Below, piece by piece: positions 51,581 through 61,267 of a DNA stretch of 64,000 nucleotides. The translations under genes and the position numbers were made by a program. The notes beneath the pieces are model-generated. The model was not told where the DNA came from and ran no database searches. It saw only the letters and a program-made list of their open reading frames with translations. Each line of letters begins with the position of its first letter. Within the stretch, counting starts at the first letter, position 1. The stretch is from an uncultured Solirubrobacteraceae bacterium (GTDB lineage: Bacteria > Actinomycetota > Thermoleophilia > Solirubrobacterales > Solirubrobacteraceae): assembly GCA_963734225.1 (NCBI GenBank), contig CAVTGI010000005.1:79176-143175 (forward strand), in the 5' to 3' direction.

Positions 51581-51967
51581 ATGAGCAACGTGGCGACGGC
51601 ATCGCAGCTGGCATACCGCAGAGGCGAGGTGCTGGCGGCGACCCCCGGCCAGCTGGTGGTGTTGCTCTACGACGGCGCAAGACGCTTCCTGCGCCAAGCA
51701 TCCATGGCGATGCGCGCGGGCGAGGTCGAGCGTGCGCACAAGACGCTGCGCCGCGCCGAAATGATCATCGGCCACCTCGACAACACGCTCGACTTCGAAC
51801 AGGGCGAAATCGCCCAGCGACTGCACGCCATCTACACGTTCTGCCTGTCTCACCTGAACGCAGCGCGCATGGGCCAGGACGCGACCAAGGTCGACGAGGT
51901 CAGCGAGATGCTGGGCGAGCTGCGCGACGCCTGGGCGCAGGTCGCGGCCGAGGTCGAGCAGGGGTGA
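51581..51967 (+). CDS. fliS: flagellar export chaperone FliS
   Basis: 'YRRGEVLAATPGQLVVLLYDGARRFL', 'LDFEQGEIAQRLHAIYTFCLSHL'. Confidence 0.9.
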   Translation: MSNVATASQLAYRRGEVLAATPGQLVVLLYDGARRFLRQASMAMRAGEVERAHKTLRRAEMIIGHLDNTLDFEQGEIAQRLHAIYTFCLSHLNAARMGQDATKVDEVSEMLGELRDAWAQVAAEVEQG

Positions 51968-51986
51968 GACGCTCCCCGCGGGCCAG

Positions 51987-52331
51987 ATGAGCTCGCAAGG
52001 GCTCGCTGACGGCGCGCTTGCGCCCTACGAGGCGATCGTCGAGCACGCAGAGCTCGAACTGGAGCTCGCGGGCGCAGGCGACCTCGACGGACTGACCACG
52101 CTGGCAGTGCGTTGGGAGCAGCTCGAGAGCGAGCTGCCGACGGATCCGCCCGCGGTGGCGGGGCCGCTGCTAGAGAAGGCAAGGCTGATACACGAGCGAA
52201 GCCGCGTCGAGCTGCTGCGCCTGCAAGAGCTCGTGCTGTCGGAGCTCGACACCGCCGCCCGCGCCAGGCGTACGGCAGACGGGTACGCCGGCCAGCTGCG
52301 CCGGCGCCCACGCCTGGACGCCAGCGCGTAG
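51987..52331 (+). CDS. hypothetical helical protein in the FliT position
   Basis: 114 aa, predicted all-helical. Follows fliD-fliS, as fliT does in Bacillus-type loci. No diagnostic motif. Confidence 0.45.
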   Translation: MSSQGLADGALAPYEAIVEHAELELELAGAGDLDGLTTLAVRWEQLESELPTDPPAVAGPLLEKARLIHERSRVELLRLQELVLSELDTAARARRTADGYAGQLRRRPRLDASA

Positions 52332-52457
52332 ACCGTCTGCGCGAGACGCTGCGAGTGAAGCCGTGGCCTTTCGAGTGGGTCGATCTGCACGAATGCGCCA
52401 CACGTGAAATCGCGCTAACTTTTCGGAGATACGGATTTGGCCTAGTGTCGGCTGAGC

Positions 52458-55090
52458 TTGCCTGGGGGCAGCGTGCAGGACGACGTCTCGGAATCTGGAC
52501 CGCGAAGCAGCGCAACCGGGCGCATCAAGCTCGGAGGCTTCGTCCTTGAGGTAGGCGACCCGGCGGGGAGCGTGCTCGTGCCAACCTCTACGCCGGGCGC
52601 CCCGCCGGCGCTGCGCCGCGCCGTCACACGCAGTCGGAAACGCGGGCGGCGAGCCGCCAAGGCGATCGAAGTCGACCTCAACAAGGCATCCGACGTGACC
52701 CGTGAATTGGAGCGTGGTGAAAAGCTTGTCAAGATCGCGCTGGGGCAACTCGACGCGAAGTCGATCACCGACGGGGTGGATGCCCTGGTCGCGCTGCTCA
52801 CGCGGCTGGACCGCGAGGGCCGGCACAAAGAGGCGTTGCGGGTGGCCCGCTGCCTGGCCATCCTGCTGGCCCTGATCGAGCGATGGGTCGAGTTGCTGGA
52901 CACGCTGAACATCGCCCTGCGGGCTGCTGAGACGCTGGGAGACCCGCTCGACCAGGCCTGGACGCTGCACGAACTCGGGACCCTGCACCTTGCCGCCGGC
53001 CGGCACAGCGACGCCGATCGTCTGCTCGGCAGGGCGCGGGAGATCCGCGAGCGATACGGCGACGGCCCTGGGCTGGCGGTCACAAATCGCAACCTCCAGG
53101 TGCTCTGCCAGACGCTGCGCCGGCTTCTGCACCGGCGCCCCGCCGAACGCTTGCTGGAGCCGCTTGCACGCAGGCCTGTGCTGGCGCTGATCGCTGCAGC
53201 GGCGCTTCTGCTCGTGGGTGGCACGGCTGGCGCCGTGCTCGCCGATTCTGGCCACCGGCACGGCATCACAGCCAGCCCAGCCCGGGTTGCCTTCTCCTTC
53301 ACGCCGCAGACACCGCATGCGGGGCAGAGCATCGCGTTTGCCGCTAGGGCCACAGACGCGCGTGATCCGGCCGCCTCCTACACGTGGGTGTGGGGTGACG
53401 GAGATCCGGCGCCGGATCGAGTCCAGGCACACAGGTATCGGCAAGCAGGCAGCTATACGGTCGTCCTGGTCGTCAGGGACAAGCACGGGAAGGTGATCGG
53501 CAGAGCGACCCGAGTCGTGCGCATCCAGCGGCCTGTCGTCGAAGACGGACCCAACGCCTACTTCTCGTTCCAGCCGCAATCGCCCATTGCTGGGGCGTCG
53601 GTGTCGTTTGACGCGAGTTCCTCGTTCGATCCCCGCGCATCGATCGCAAGCTACAGGTGGAGCTTGGCGACGGCGACGGCGACGGCAAGGAGGGCGTCAA
53701 GGTCTCTCACTCGTTCACGCGGGCGGGGATCTACAGGACCTCGCTGACGGTAACCGACGAGCAGGGACTGCGCGCCACCCTAGTTCAGAGGGTCGCGGTT
53801 GCGTCCGCGGGGCAGGGCACGGAGCAGGCGCAGGTGCGTCTGGACTGCCCCTCAAGCCCTGTGCCGCTTGGCCAAGCGGCAACGGCATCGGGATCGATCT
53901 TGCCAACGCGCGCGAGCACGGTGACGGTGACGTATGTGAGCCCGGCGGGCAGGGAATTCCCTCGCCCGGTCACCAGCGAAGCTCAGGGCTCCTACAAGGC
54001 CAGCTTCACACCCGAAGAACCCGGGCCGTGGAGTGTCCAGAGCACGGTCGCCGGCGACCGCCGCTACCAGCCAAGCACGTCTACGCCCTGCGCCTTCGCT
54101 GTCGAAGCGATCAGAGCCGAAACCACGGTCAGCATCAACTGCCCTTCAGCCGGGATACAGGTCGGCCAGGCGATGACGGCTACGGGGGCGATCACACCGG
54201 CGACCACCGGGGCGTCTGTGGCGGTCGCCTTCGTCAGCCCCAGGGGTCAGGAATTTCGCCAGACGGTCGCCAGCTCGGGCGAAGGCGCCTACACCGCCGG
54301 CGACACGCCTGAAGAATCCGGGCCATGGACCGTCTCGAGCGCGCGGCTGGGAGAAATCGACGACAAGCCCAGCGTGTCCAAGACCTGCCGCTTCATCGTG
54401 GAACCCAAACCAGTGACGCAGCTGCCATCCAAGGAACAGACCATGACACGGCTCGACTGTCCGTCAAGCACTATCTCGTTGGGCAAAGCTGTGGCGGTGT
54501 CGGGGTCGATCAGGCCCTCGCGGGCAGGCGCAACGGTGACGGTCACCTACACCGGTCCCTTGGGCAAAGAAGTCAAGACGGTCATGAGCGAAGGCGAAGG
54601 CCTCTACAGCACGACCTACACGCCCGGCGAAGCAGGGAAATGGAGCATCCGCAGCGTTCAAGTGGAAGACACCAGCCACCGCGCCAGCGTGTCCAACAAC
54701 TGCGTATTCACCGTAGAACCAGAGGAACCGACGACGACGCAATTCGGTGAGCTGCATGTGCTGCCACGCAAGGCACAGACCACGACACGCCTCACGTGTC
54801 CTCCTGGGGAAGCGTCGATTGGCGAGGCTGTGGAAGCGTCGGGGTCGATCACGCCCGCACGGGCAGGCGCGACGGTGACGGTCACCTACACCAGCCCGTC
54901 TGGCAACGCATTCCCGCAGAAGGCCACCAGCTACGGCAAAGGCCTCTATGAGGCGCGCTACGTGCTCGGCGAAGCCGGGCACTGGACCATCACCAGCATG
55001 CAACAGGGCGACAGCAGCCACCTGCCCAGCCAGGCGCCCAACACCTGTCGCATCACCGTAGAAGGCACACAAGGCCAAGAGCCCGAATAG
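52458..55090 (+). pseudogene. TPR-like / single-TM / 2x PKD / 4x Ig-like-repeat surface protein gene split by a frameshift at about 53658-53661
   Basis: Track ORFs 52458..53747 (frame 0) and 53657..55090 (frame 2). One PKD domain reads through the junction: '...DASSSFDPRASIASYRW' joins 'ELGDGDGDGKEGVKVSHSFTRAGIYRTSLTVTDEQG'. TM segment 'PVLALIAAAALLLVGGTAGAVL'. This may instead be a sequencing error. Confidence 0.7.
53834..55060 (+). repeat. four tandem coding repeats of about 98-113 aa, each bracketed by Cys residues
   Basis: 'RLDCPSSPVPLGQAATASGSI..VTVTYVSPAG..C.F.V', 'SINCPSAGIQVGQAMTATGAI', 'RLDCPSSTISLGKAVAVSGSI..ATVTVTYTGPLG', 'RLTCPPGEASIGEAVEASGSI..ATVTVTYTSPSG'. The first Cys codons are at 53846, 54140, 54458 and 54797. 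Confidence 0.85.
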
Positions 55091-55115
55091 ACGGGCTGGA
55101 CCAGCCCGGCCTGCC

Positions 55116-55142
55116 TAAAGGTCGCAGCGGATCGGCCGATCA
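55116..55142 (+). promoter_or_regulatory. candidate sigma-28 promoter upstream of flgB: TAAA-N15-GCCGATCA
   Basis: TAAA 55116-19, a 15-nt spacer, GCCGATCA 55135-42, about 50 nt before ATG 55193. The best match of the five (11 of 12 consensus positions). Confidence 0.65.
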
Positions 55143-55192
55143 CGGGTACGGCCCCTCGATGGCCTACGAAGCGAGCGACCTCACGGAGAACT

Positions 55193-55543
55193 ATGGCTCT
55201 CGTCGATGCTACCCAGCAGCTGTTGGAGGCCGCCATGCGCGGCTCCTGGCAGCGTCAGACAGCTTTGACCAACAACATCGCCAACGCCGACACCCCGGGC
55301 TATCGGCCCGAGGAAGTCAACTTCGAGTCGGCGCTGCAGAGCGCGGTGTCCGGCGGCGAACCGGCCAGCCAGGTGCAGTTCCAGACGGAATCCAAACCGG
55401 TCACGGCTGGGCCCAACGGCGAAGCGGTGAGCGTCGATGAGGAATCGGCCAAGCTGGCCGAAAACGGCCTGGACTACGAGGCGCTCACGCAGGTGCTCAA
55501 TGCCCGCAACAGCATCGAGCGCGCCGCGATGGGGATGAGCTGA
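55193..55543 (+). CDS. flgB: flagellar basal-body rod protein FlgB
   Basis: 'RQTALTNNIANADTPGYRPEEVNFE', 'VDEESAKLAENGLDYEALTQVL'. Confidence 0.9.
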   Translation: MALVDATQQLLEAAMRGSWQRQTALTNNIANADTPGYRPEEVNFESALQSAVSGGEPASQVQFQTESKPVTAGPNGEAVSVDEESAKLAENGLDYEALTQVLNARNSIERAAMGMS

Positions 55544-55544
55544 C

Positions 55545-55982
55545 ATGGGGCTCTTTGACGCGATCGGGATCGCCGGCAGCGGCCTAACGGCACAGCGCGT
55601 GCGCATGGACGTGACGGCCGAGAACCTGGCCAACGCGGACACGACCAAAGCGGCCAACGGCCAGCCCTACCAGCGCCAGGAGGTAGTCCTGCGCGAGGCC
55701 GGCTCGCAGGGCTTCAGCGGCGCGCTGGCGCAGGCCAGCCAGGCCGAACAGCCCGGCGGCGTGCAGGTCGCACAGATCGTCGCCGACGCGACGCCCGACC
55801 AACAGGTCTATGACCCGGGCAACCCGGAAGCCAACGCGCAGGGCTACGTCAAGCTGCCCAACGTCAGCACGGTCACGGAAATGACCGACCTAATCTCCGA
55901 GCAGCAGTCCTACCAGTCCGACGTGACCGCCATGCAGACGGCCAAGACGATGTTCTCGGCGACGCTCGAGGTGCTCAAATGA
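55545..55982 (+). CDS. flgC: flagellar basal-body rod protein FlgC
   Basis: 'GSGLTAQRVRMDVTAENLANADTT', 'GYVKLPNVSTVTEMTDLISEQQSYQSDVTAMQTAKTMF'. Confidence 0.9.
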   Translation: MGLFDAIGIAGSGLTAQRVRMDVTAENLANADTTKAANGQPYQRQEVVLREAGSQGFSGALAQASQAEQPGGVQVAQIVADATPDQQVYDPGNPEANAQGYVKLPNVSTVTEMTDLISEQQSYQSDVTAMQTAKTMFSATLEVLK

Positions 55983-56401
55983 TCGTGCCGGTCGGCGCCG
56001 TGGGCTCGCTCGCGGGTGGCCTACAGCCGGGGGCGGCGCAAGGTCTCGCCCAGGGATCGCCGGCCGCGCAGGCCGAAGGACTGGCCCAGGGCGCCCCGGC
56101 CACGGAACAGACAACGGCTGCGCAAGCGCTGGAACCTGGCGCGCAGGCAAGCAACGGCGCAGAAGCGGCGGGCGGTGGTCCGGGTGGCTTTGGCGGCGCG
56201 CTCACAGAAGCGATCTCCTCGCTGGAAGGCAGTCAGCTGAGCGCCAGCAGCGCGGCGCAGGGACTGGCCACTGGCACGGTTAAGGACCCCGAGAGCGCGG
56301 TGGTCACCGTCGAGGACGCCCAGCTGACGATGGACCTGGCCTCGCAGCTGCGCACCAAGGCCACGGAAGCCGTCCAGAACATCTTCCAAACGCAGGTCTG
56401 A
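55979..56401 (+). CDS. fliE: flagellar hook-basal body protein FliE (extended low-complexity N-terminus)
   Basis: The C-terminal core 'FGGALTEAISSLEGSQLSASSAAQGLATG...VEDAQLTMDLASQLRTKATEAVQNIFQTQV' is FliE-like. Lies between flgC and fliF. Confidence 0.8.
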   Translation: MIVPVGAVGSLAGGLQPGAAQGLAQGSPAAQAEGLAQGAPATEQTTAAQALEPGAQASNGAEAAGGGPGGFGGALTEAISSLEGSQLSASSAAQGLATGTVKDPESAVVTVEDAQLTMDLASQLRTKATEAVQNIFQTQV

Positions 56402-56404
56402 TCG

Positions 56405-57967
56405 ATGCCCAACGCCCAGCTGCTGTCCCGTCTGACGCCCCGAGCCTGGCTGATCGCCGGCGGTGGCCTGATCGGCGCGATCCTGTTCATGTACCTGTTC
56501 TTGAACACCATCTCGGCGCCTAGCTACACGACCGTGGTGAGCGGCGTCAACCCCTCCCAGACGGGCAAGATGACCAGCACGCTCAGCCAGCAGGGCATCA
56601 GCTACGAGCTCCAGAACGGCGGCACGGCGCTGGCGGTGCAGTCCAACCAGACCGCCAAGGCTCGCGTTGTGCTGGCCGGCGCCAACCTGCTCGGCAACGC
56701 CCAGCCAAATCTCGAACTGTTTGAAAAAGCCAAACTCGGCGAAAGTAACTTCCAACAGCAGGTGACCTACCAGCGCGCCATGCAGGGACAGCTGGCCGAA
56801 GCGATCAACAGCGTGCAGGGCGTCTCCGGCGCGCAGGTCGAGCTCGTGCTGCCCAGCGCCCAGAACCAGATCTTCGGCGAAAATCAGAATGCGTCCTCGG
56901 CCGCGGTGTTGCTGTCGGGTACCACGACGCTGCCCCAGAGCTCGGTGCGCGGCATCGCCCAGCTGGTCGCCTCCAGCGTCCCCGGCCTGGCCTTGAGCAA
57001 GGTGACGATCACCGACGCGTCGGGCGAACTGCTGTGGCCCCAGCCGGGCGGCGCGGGCAGCGGCTCGGGGTCGAGCCTGCAGGAAGCAGAGCAGCGCTAT
57101 GACCAGGGCATGGAGGCGAGCCTGGACGCGATGCTCGCGCAGACGCTCGGCGCGGGCAAGGCGCAGGTGCTCGTGTACGCCAACATGAACGTCAACCAGA
57201 TCTCCAAGGAATCGCTGGAATACGCCAAGACGGGCGTGCCGCTGTCCCAGAGCAAGGACATCGAAACGCTGGCTGGAACGGGCAGCCCGACCGGGGGCGC
57301 GGCGGGCGCGGCCAACCTGGCAGGCACGACCGGCGCCGGCGGCAAGTCGAACTTCAAGCACGAAACCACCAGCTCGTCGCTGGGCGTGTCAAAGACGGTC
57401 ATTCATTCGACGATCGCGCCCGGGACCGTGGAAAGTCAGCACGTGTCGGTGCTGCTCGACCACTCCGTGCCGGCCGCTTCGCTGCCGGCGATCCGCGAAG
57501 CGGTCACCAACGCGGCCGGCATCCAGACCAAGCGCGGCGACACGATCTCGCTCGGGCAGATCGCCTTCGTCAAGCCCACCACGGCGGCAGCCGCGAGCAG
57601 CCCGCTGGGCTATGCCAAGTACGTGCTGCTCGGGCTCGGCTCGATCCTGTTCTTGTTCTTCAGCACCCGCTCGCTGCGCAAGCGCGAGAAGGAAACGATC
57701 GACGAGCCGGTCTGGCTGCGCGAGCTGGAGGCGCCGATGCGCCTGTCAGAGCTCGAACGCGAAACCGCTCCCCGGCCTGCGCCCGCGCTGGCCGGCGTGG
57801 GCGCCTCGCCTGGCGGCGCGGGGGCCAAAGCAGGTTCGGGCAACGGAGGTGCCAACGGCGCGGGCGGCGACGACGGCGAGTCGATCCGCAAGCAGGTCGA
57901 GCAGCTGGTCGACAGCAACCCCGACCGCGTCGCCCAGCAACTGCGTAGCTGGATGCAGGAGGAGTAG
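56405..57967 (+). CDS. fliF: flagellar M-ring protein FliF
   Basis: 520 aa. N-terminal TM 'AWLIAGGGLIGAILFMYLFL', 'LSQQGISYELQNGGTALAV', second TM 'YVLLGLGSILFLFF'. Confidence 0.9.
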   Translation: MPNAQLLSRLTPRAWLIAGGGLIGAILFMYLFLNTISAPSYTTVVSGVNPSQTGKMTSTLSQQGISYELQNGGTALAVQSNQTAKARVVLAGANLLGNAQPNLELFEKAKLGESNFQQQVTYQRAMQGQLAEAINSVQGVSGAQVELVLPSAQNQIFGENQNASSAAVLLSGTTTLPQSSVRGIAQLVASSVPGLALSKVTITDASGELLWPQPGGAGSGSGSSLQEAEQRYDQGMEASLDAMLAQTLGAGKAQVLVYANMNVNQISKESLEYAKTGVPLSQSKDIETLAGTGSPTGGAAGAANLAGTTGAGGKSNFKHETTSSSLGVSKTVIHSTIAPGTVESQHVSVLLDHSVPAASLPAIREAVTNAAGIQTKRGDTISLGQIAFVKPTTAAAASSPLGYAKYVLLGLGSILFLFFSTRSLRKREKETIDEPVWLRELEAPMRLSELERETAPRPAPALAGVGASPGGAGAKAGSGNGGANGAGGDDGESIRKQVEQLVDSNPDRVAQQLRSWMQEE

Positions 57968-57973
57968 CCGGCG

Positions 57974-59122
57974 ATGGCTGAGCAGTCGACAGCCGATCCC
58001 GTGCCGGCACCCGCGCCGGCGGACGCGGCGACCGAGCAGCTGCCGGCGGTCACAGAGCGCCTGCCGGCCACCACGGGCGAGCGCCTGCCTGCAACCAGCG
58101 CCCGCCCGTCGGCCGCGGTCGACCTGCCGGGGATCCGCAAGGCTGCCGTGCTGATGGCCGCTCTGGGATCGGAGCGCGCGGCCAACGTGCTGCAGCGGCT
58201 GGGCGAGGCGGAGATCGAGACGCTGTCGATGGAAATGGCCAGCCTGAGCTCGGTCGAGCCTGACACCACGGAAGCGATCTTCAACGAACTGGCGCAGCTG
58301 ACGGGCACCGGTGAGATGGGCGTGGCAGGCGGCGTTGACTTCGCGCGCGGCGTGATCGAGCGTGCGCTCGGCCCCGACCGCGCGAACGAGCTGCTCGGGC
58401 GCTTTCAGGCGCGTACCGAGTCGCCGCCGTTCGAGTTCCTGCGCCGCGTGCCCCCAGAGCGCACGGCAGCGCTGCTGCGCAACGAGGCTCACCAGACGAT
58501 CGCTCTCGTCCTGGCCAGCCTCAACACGACCGTGGCCGCGGGCGTGCTCGCGCGCCTGCCCGACCGCCAGCAGCCGGACATCGCGCTGCGCATCGCGCGC
58601 ATGGGCGAGACCAGCGCGCGCGTGATCCAGCGCGTCGAGGAGGTCCTGCGCCACAAGCTGCATGCGGCCGGCGAGCAGGAGTACTCGGCCGCGGGCGGCA
58701 CCAAAGCACTCGCCGGCATCCTCAACCACGCCGACCGCACGACCGAGCGCAACGTCCTGGAGAACTTGGCTACGACCGATAAGGACCTCGCGGAGGAGGT
58801 GCGCGGCATGCTGTTCGTGTTCGAGGACCTCGTCAAGCTCGAAGAGCGCGCTATCCAGCAGGTCCTGCGCGACGCCGACCAAAAGGACTTGGTGCTCGCG
58901 CTGCGCGGCGCGCCGCAGGAGGTCACGGAGGTGGTCATGGCCAACATGTCAGAGCGCGGCGCGGCGATGCTCAAGGAGGAGATGGAGGTCCAGCAGCCTC
59001 AGCGCAAGCGGGCGATCGATGAGGCGCAGAGCCGCATCGTGGCGGTCGTGCGCGCGCTGGAGGAGGCGGGCTCGATCGTGATCGAGCGCGGCGACGACGA
59101 CGAAAGCGAAGCGGTTGTCTGA
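57974..59122 (+). CDS. fliG: flagellar motor switch protein FliG (about 50-aa N-terminal extension)
   Basis: 'GIRKAAVLMAALGSERAANVL', 'MLFVFEDLVKLEERAIQQVLRD', 'MSERGAAMLKEEME'. Confidence 0.9.
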   Translation: MAEQSTADPVPAPAPADAATEQLPAVTERLPATTGERLPATSARPSAAVDLPGIRKAAVLMAALGSERAANVLQRLGEAEIETLSMEMASLSSVEPDTTEAIFNELAQLTGTGEMGVAGGVDFARGVIERALGPDRANELLGRFQARTESPPFEFLRRVPPERTAALLRNEAHQTIALVLASLNTTVAAGVLARLPDRQQPDIALRIARMGETSARVIQRVEEVLRHKLHAAGEQEYSAAGGTKALAGILNHADRTTERNVLENLATTDKDLAEEVRGMLFVFEDLVKLEERAIQQVLRDADQKDLVLALRGAPQEVTEVVMANMSERGAAMLKEEMEVQQPQRKRAIDEAQSRIVAVVRALEEAGSIVIERGDDDESEAVV

Positions 59123-59738
59123 CGCGGCGGTCAACTACGCCTTCGAGCAGCTAGAGCCGTCTGAGCCACCGCCGCGCGACGAGCCCGCGCGCAGGCTCGC
59201 TCAGGCCAGTGCCGAAGCGCAGCACATGCGCGAGCAGGCCCGCGCGGAGGGCTATGCGCAGGGGCGCGCGGCGGGGCACGAGGAGGGCCAGGGCGAGATC
59301 GCCGCAGCGGCTGCCAGCCTCGACGAGGCTCTGCGGGGCGTGCAGGCGCTGCAGGCGCAGGTGGCCGAGACGGTCGAACGCGACGCGATCGATCTGGCGC
59401 TGGCGCTGGCCGCGAAGATCCTCGCGGGCGCGCTCGTGGCTCGCCCGGAGCTCGTCGTGGAGGTGGTGCAGGGGGCGCTGCGCAGGCTGGGCGAGCGGCG
59501 CAGGATCACCGTGCTGGTCAACCCCGCCGACCTGGAGACAGTGCGCGCTGCGATCGGGCAGATCACCGCACAGGGCAGCGGCGTGGAGCTGTGCGACCTG
59601 CAGTCCGAGCCACGCGTGGGCGTGGGCGGCGCGATCGTGCGCACGACCGAGGGAGAGGTCGACGCGAGCGTGCAGACGCAGCTGGAGCGCGCGCGCGAGG
59701 TCGTAGAGGCCGAGCTGGCAGGCGAGTCCGCGCCGTGA
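59115..59738 (+). CDS. fliH: flagellar assembly protein FliH
   Basis: 207 aa, lying between fliG and fliI. 'AEGYAQGRAAGHEEG', 'LALALAAKILAGAL', 'GGAIVRTTEGEVDASVQTQL'. Confidence 0.8.
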   Translation: MSDAAVNYAFEQLEPSEPPPRDEPARRLAQASAEAQHMREQARAEGYAQGRAAGHEEGQGEIAAAAASLDEALRGVQALQAQVAETVERDAIDLALALAAKILAGALVARPELVVEVVQGALRRLGERRRITVLVNPADLETVRAAIGQITAQGSGVELCDLQSEPRVGVGGAIVRTTEGEVDASVQTQLERAREVVEAELAGESAP

Positions 59739-61189
59739 GCGGCGAGGCTCCTGCCGGCGCGCGACTGGCGGGCGCCGCGCAGGCGATCCGCGAGGCCGAC
59801 CTGGCCAGGCGCCATGGCTTCGTCAGCAATCTGATCGGCCTGATCATCGAGGCGACCGGCCTGCAGGCGGAGGTGGGCGAGGTGTGCCTGGTAGGCACCG
59901 ATCGCAACCGTGCGGCGGTGTCGGCGGAGGTGGTCGGCTTCAGGGACGGGCGCACGCTGCTGATGCCGCTGGGCGAGCTGCACGGCATCGGTCCGGGTAC
60001 GCGGGTACTGGCTAGCGGCACGCCGTTTCGGATCGAGGTCGGCGACGGCCTGCTGGGGCGCGTGGTCGACGGCCTGGGAATCCCCGACGATGGGCGCCCG
60101 GCGGCCGGCGGGGCGGCACGTTCGACGATCGCCACGCCGCCGGGCGCGCTGTCGCGTCCGCGCATCACAGAGCGTGTTGGCCTGGGCGTGCGCGCGCTGG
60201 ATGCGCTGGTCCCGTGCGGGCGCGGTCAGCGGCTTGGCATCTTCTCGGGCTCGGGCGTGGGCAAGTCTTCGCTGATGGGGATGATCGCCCGCTCGACGAG
60301 CGCGTCGATCAACGTGATCGCGCTGGTGGGCGAGCGCGGGCGCGAGGTGCGCGAGTTCATCGAGCGCGACCTCGGCGACGCGCTGGAGCGCTCGGTGGTG
60401 GTCGTGGCCACCTCAGACCAGCCGGCGCTGGTGCGCATCAAGGCGGCCTTTACTGCGACCACGATCGCGGAGCACTTCCGCGACCAGGGCCACGACGTGA
60501 TGCTGATGATGGACTCGGTCACGCGCTTTGCGATGGCCCAGCGTGAGGTGGGCCTAGCGATCGGCGAGCCGCCGGCTACGCGCGGCTATACGCCAAGCGT
60601 ATTCGCGATGCTGCCGCGTCTGCTCGAGCGCGCGGGCACGAGCACGAGCGGGTCGATCACCGCGCTGTACACCGTGCTGGTGGACGGCGACGACATGAAC
60701 GAGCCGATCGCAGACGCGGTGCGCTCGATCCTGGACGGCCACGTGGTCCTCACGCGCTCCTTGGCTCACGCCGGCCACTACCCGGCGATCGACGTGCTTC
60801 AGAGCGTGTCGCGTCTGGTCGGCGAGATCGTCTCCCCCGAGGTCGCTGACGCGGGCCAGCAGCTGCGCGCGGCGCTTGCGGTTCTGCGCGACAAGGAGGA
60901 CTTGGTCTCGATCGGCGCCTACCAGCCGGGCAGCGACCCCGCGCTGGACGTAGCGCTTGCGCATCGCTCGCGCATCGAGGGCTTCCTGCGCCAGCCCGTG
61001 CGCGAACGCAGCGACCCGCAGCACGCCGACGCGCGCCTGCTCGAGCTGGCCGCGTCGCTGACCGAGCAGCTGCACGCCTACAGCGCAGAGATCCCCGACG
61101 CGGAGGAGGTGTCCGCGGACGAGGTCTCACCCGCCATGCCCGGTGACTCCCTCGCACCCGCGATCCCCGCGCTCGGCTTGGGCATCTGA
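59735..61189 (+). CDS. fliI: flagellum-specific ATPase FliI
   Basis: GTG 59735 (GTGA overlap). Walker A 'GSGVGKSSL', 'VALVGERGREV', Walker B 'VMLMMDSVTRFA', 'PPATRGYTPSVF'. Confidence 0.9.
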   Translation: MSGEAPAGARLAGAAQAIREADLARRHGFVSNLIGLIIEATGLQAEVGEVCLVGTDRNRAAVSAEVVGFRDGRTLLMPLGELHGIGPGTRVLASGTPFRIEVGDGLLGRVVDGLGIPDDGRPAAGGAARSTIATPPGALSRPRITERVGLGVRALDALVPCGRGQRLGIFSGSGVGKSSLMGMIARSTSASINVIALVGERGREVREFIERDLGDALERSVVVVATSDQPALVRIKAAFTATTIAEHFRDQGHDVMLMMDSVTRFAMAQREVGLAIGEPPATRGYTPSVFAMLPRLLERAGTSTSGSITALYTVLVDGDDMNEPIADAVRSILDGHVVLTRSLAHAGHYPAIDVLQSVSRLVGEIVSPEVADAGQQLRAALAVLRDKEDLVSIGAYQPGSDPALDVALAHRSRIEGFLRQPVRERSDPQHADARLLELAASLTEQLHAYSAEIPDAEEVSADEVSPAMPGDSLAPAIPALGLGI

Positions 61190-61267
61190 GCCGGCCCGGC
61201 CTTGCACGCGATGCTTCACCGTCAGGACCTCGCTCAAGAACGTGCCCTTGCGTCCGATAAACGGTCC

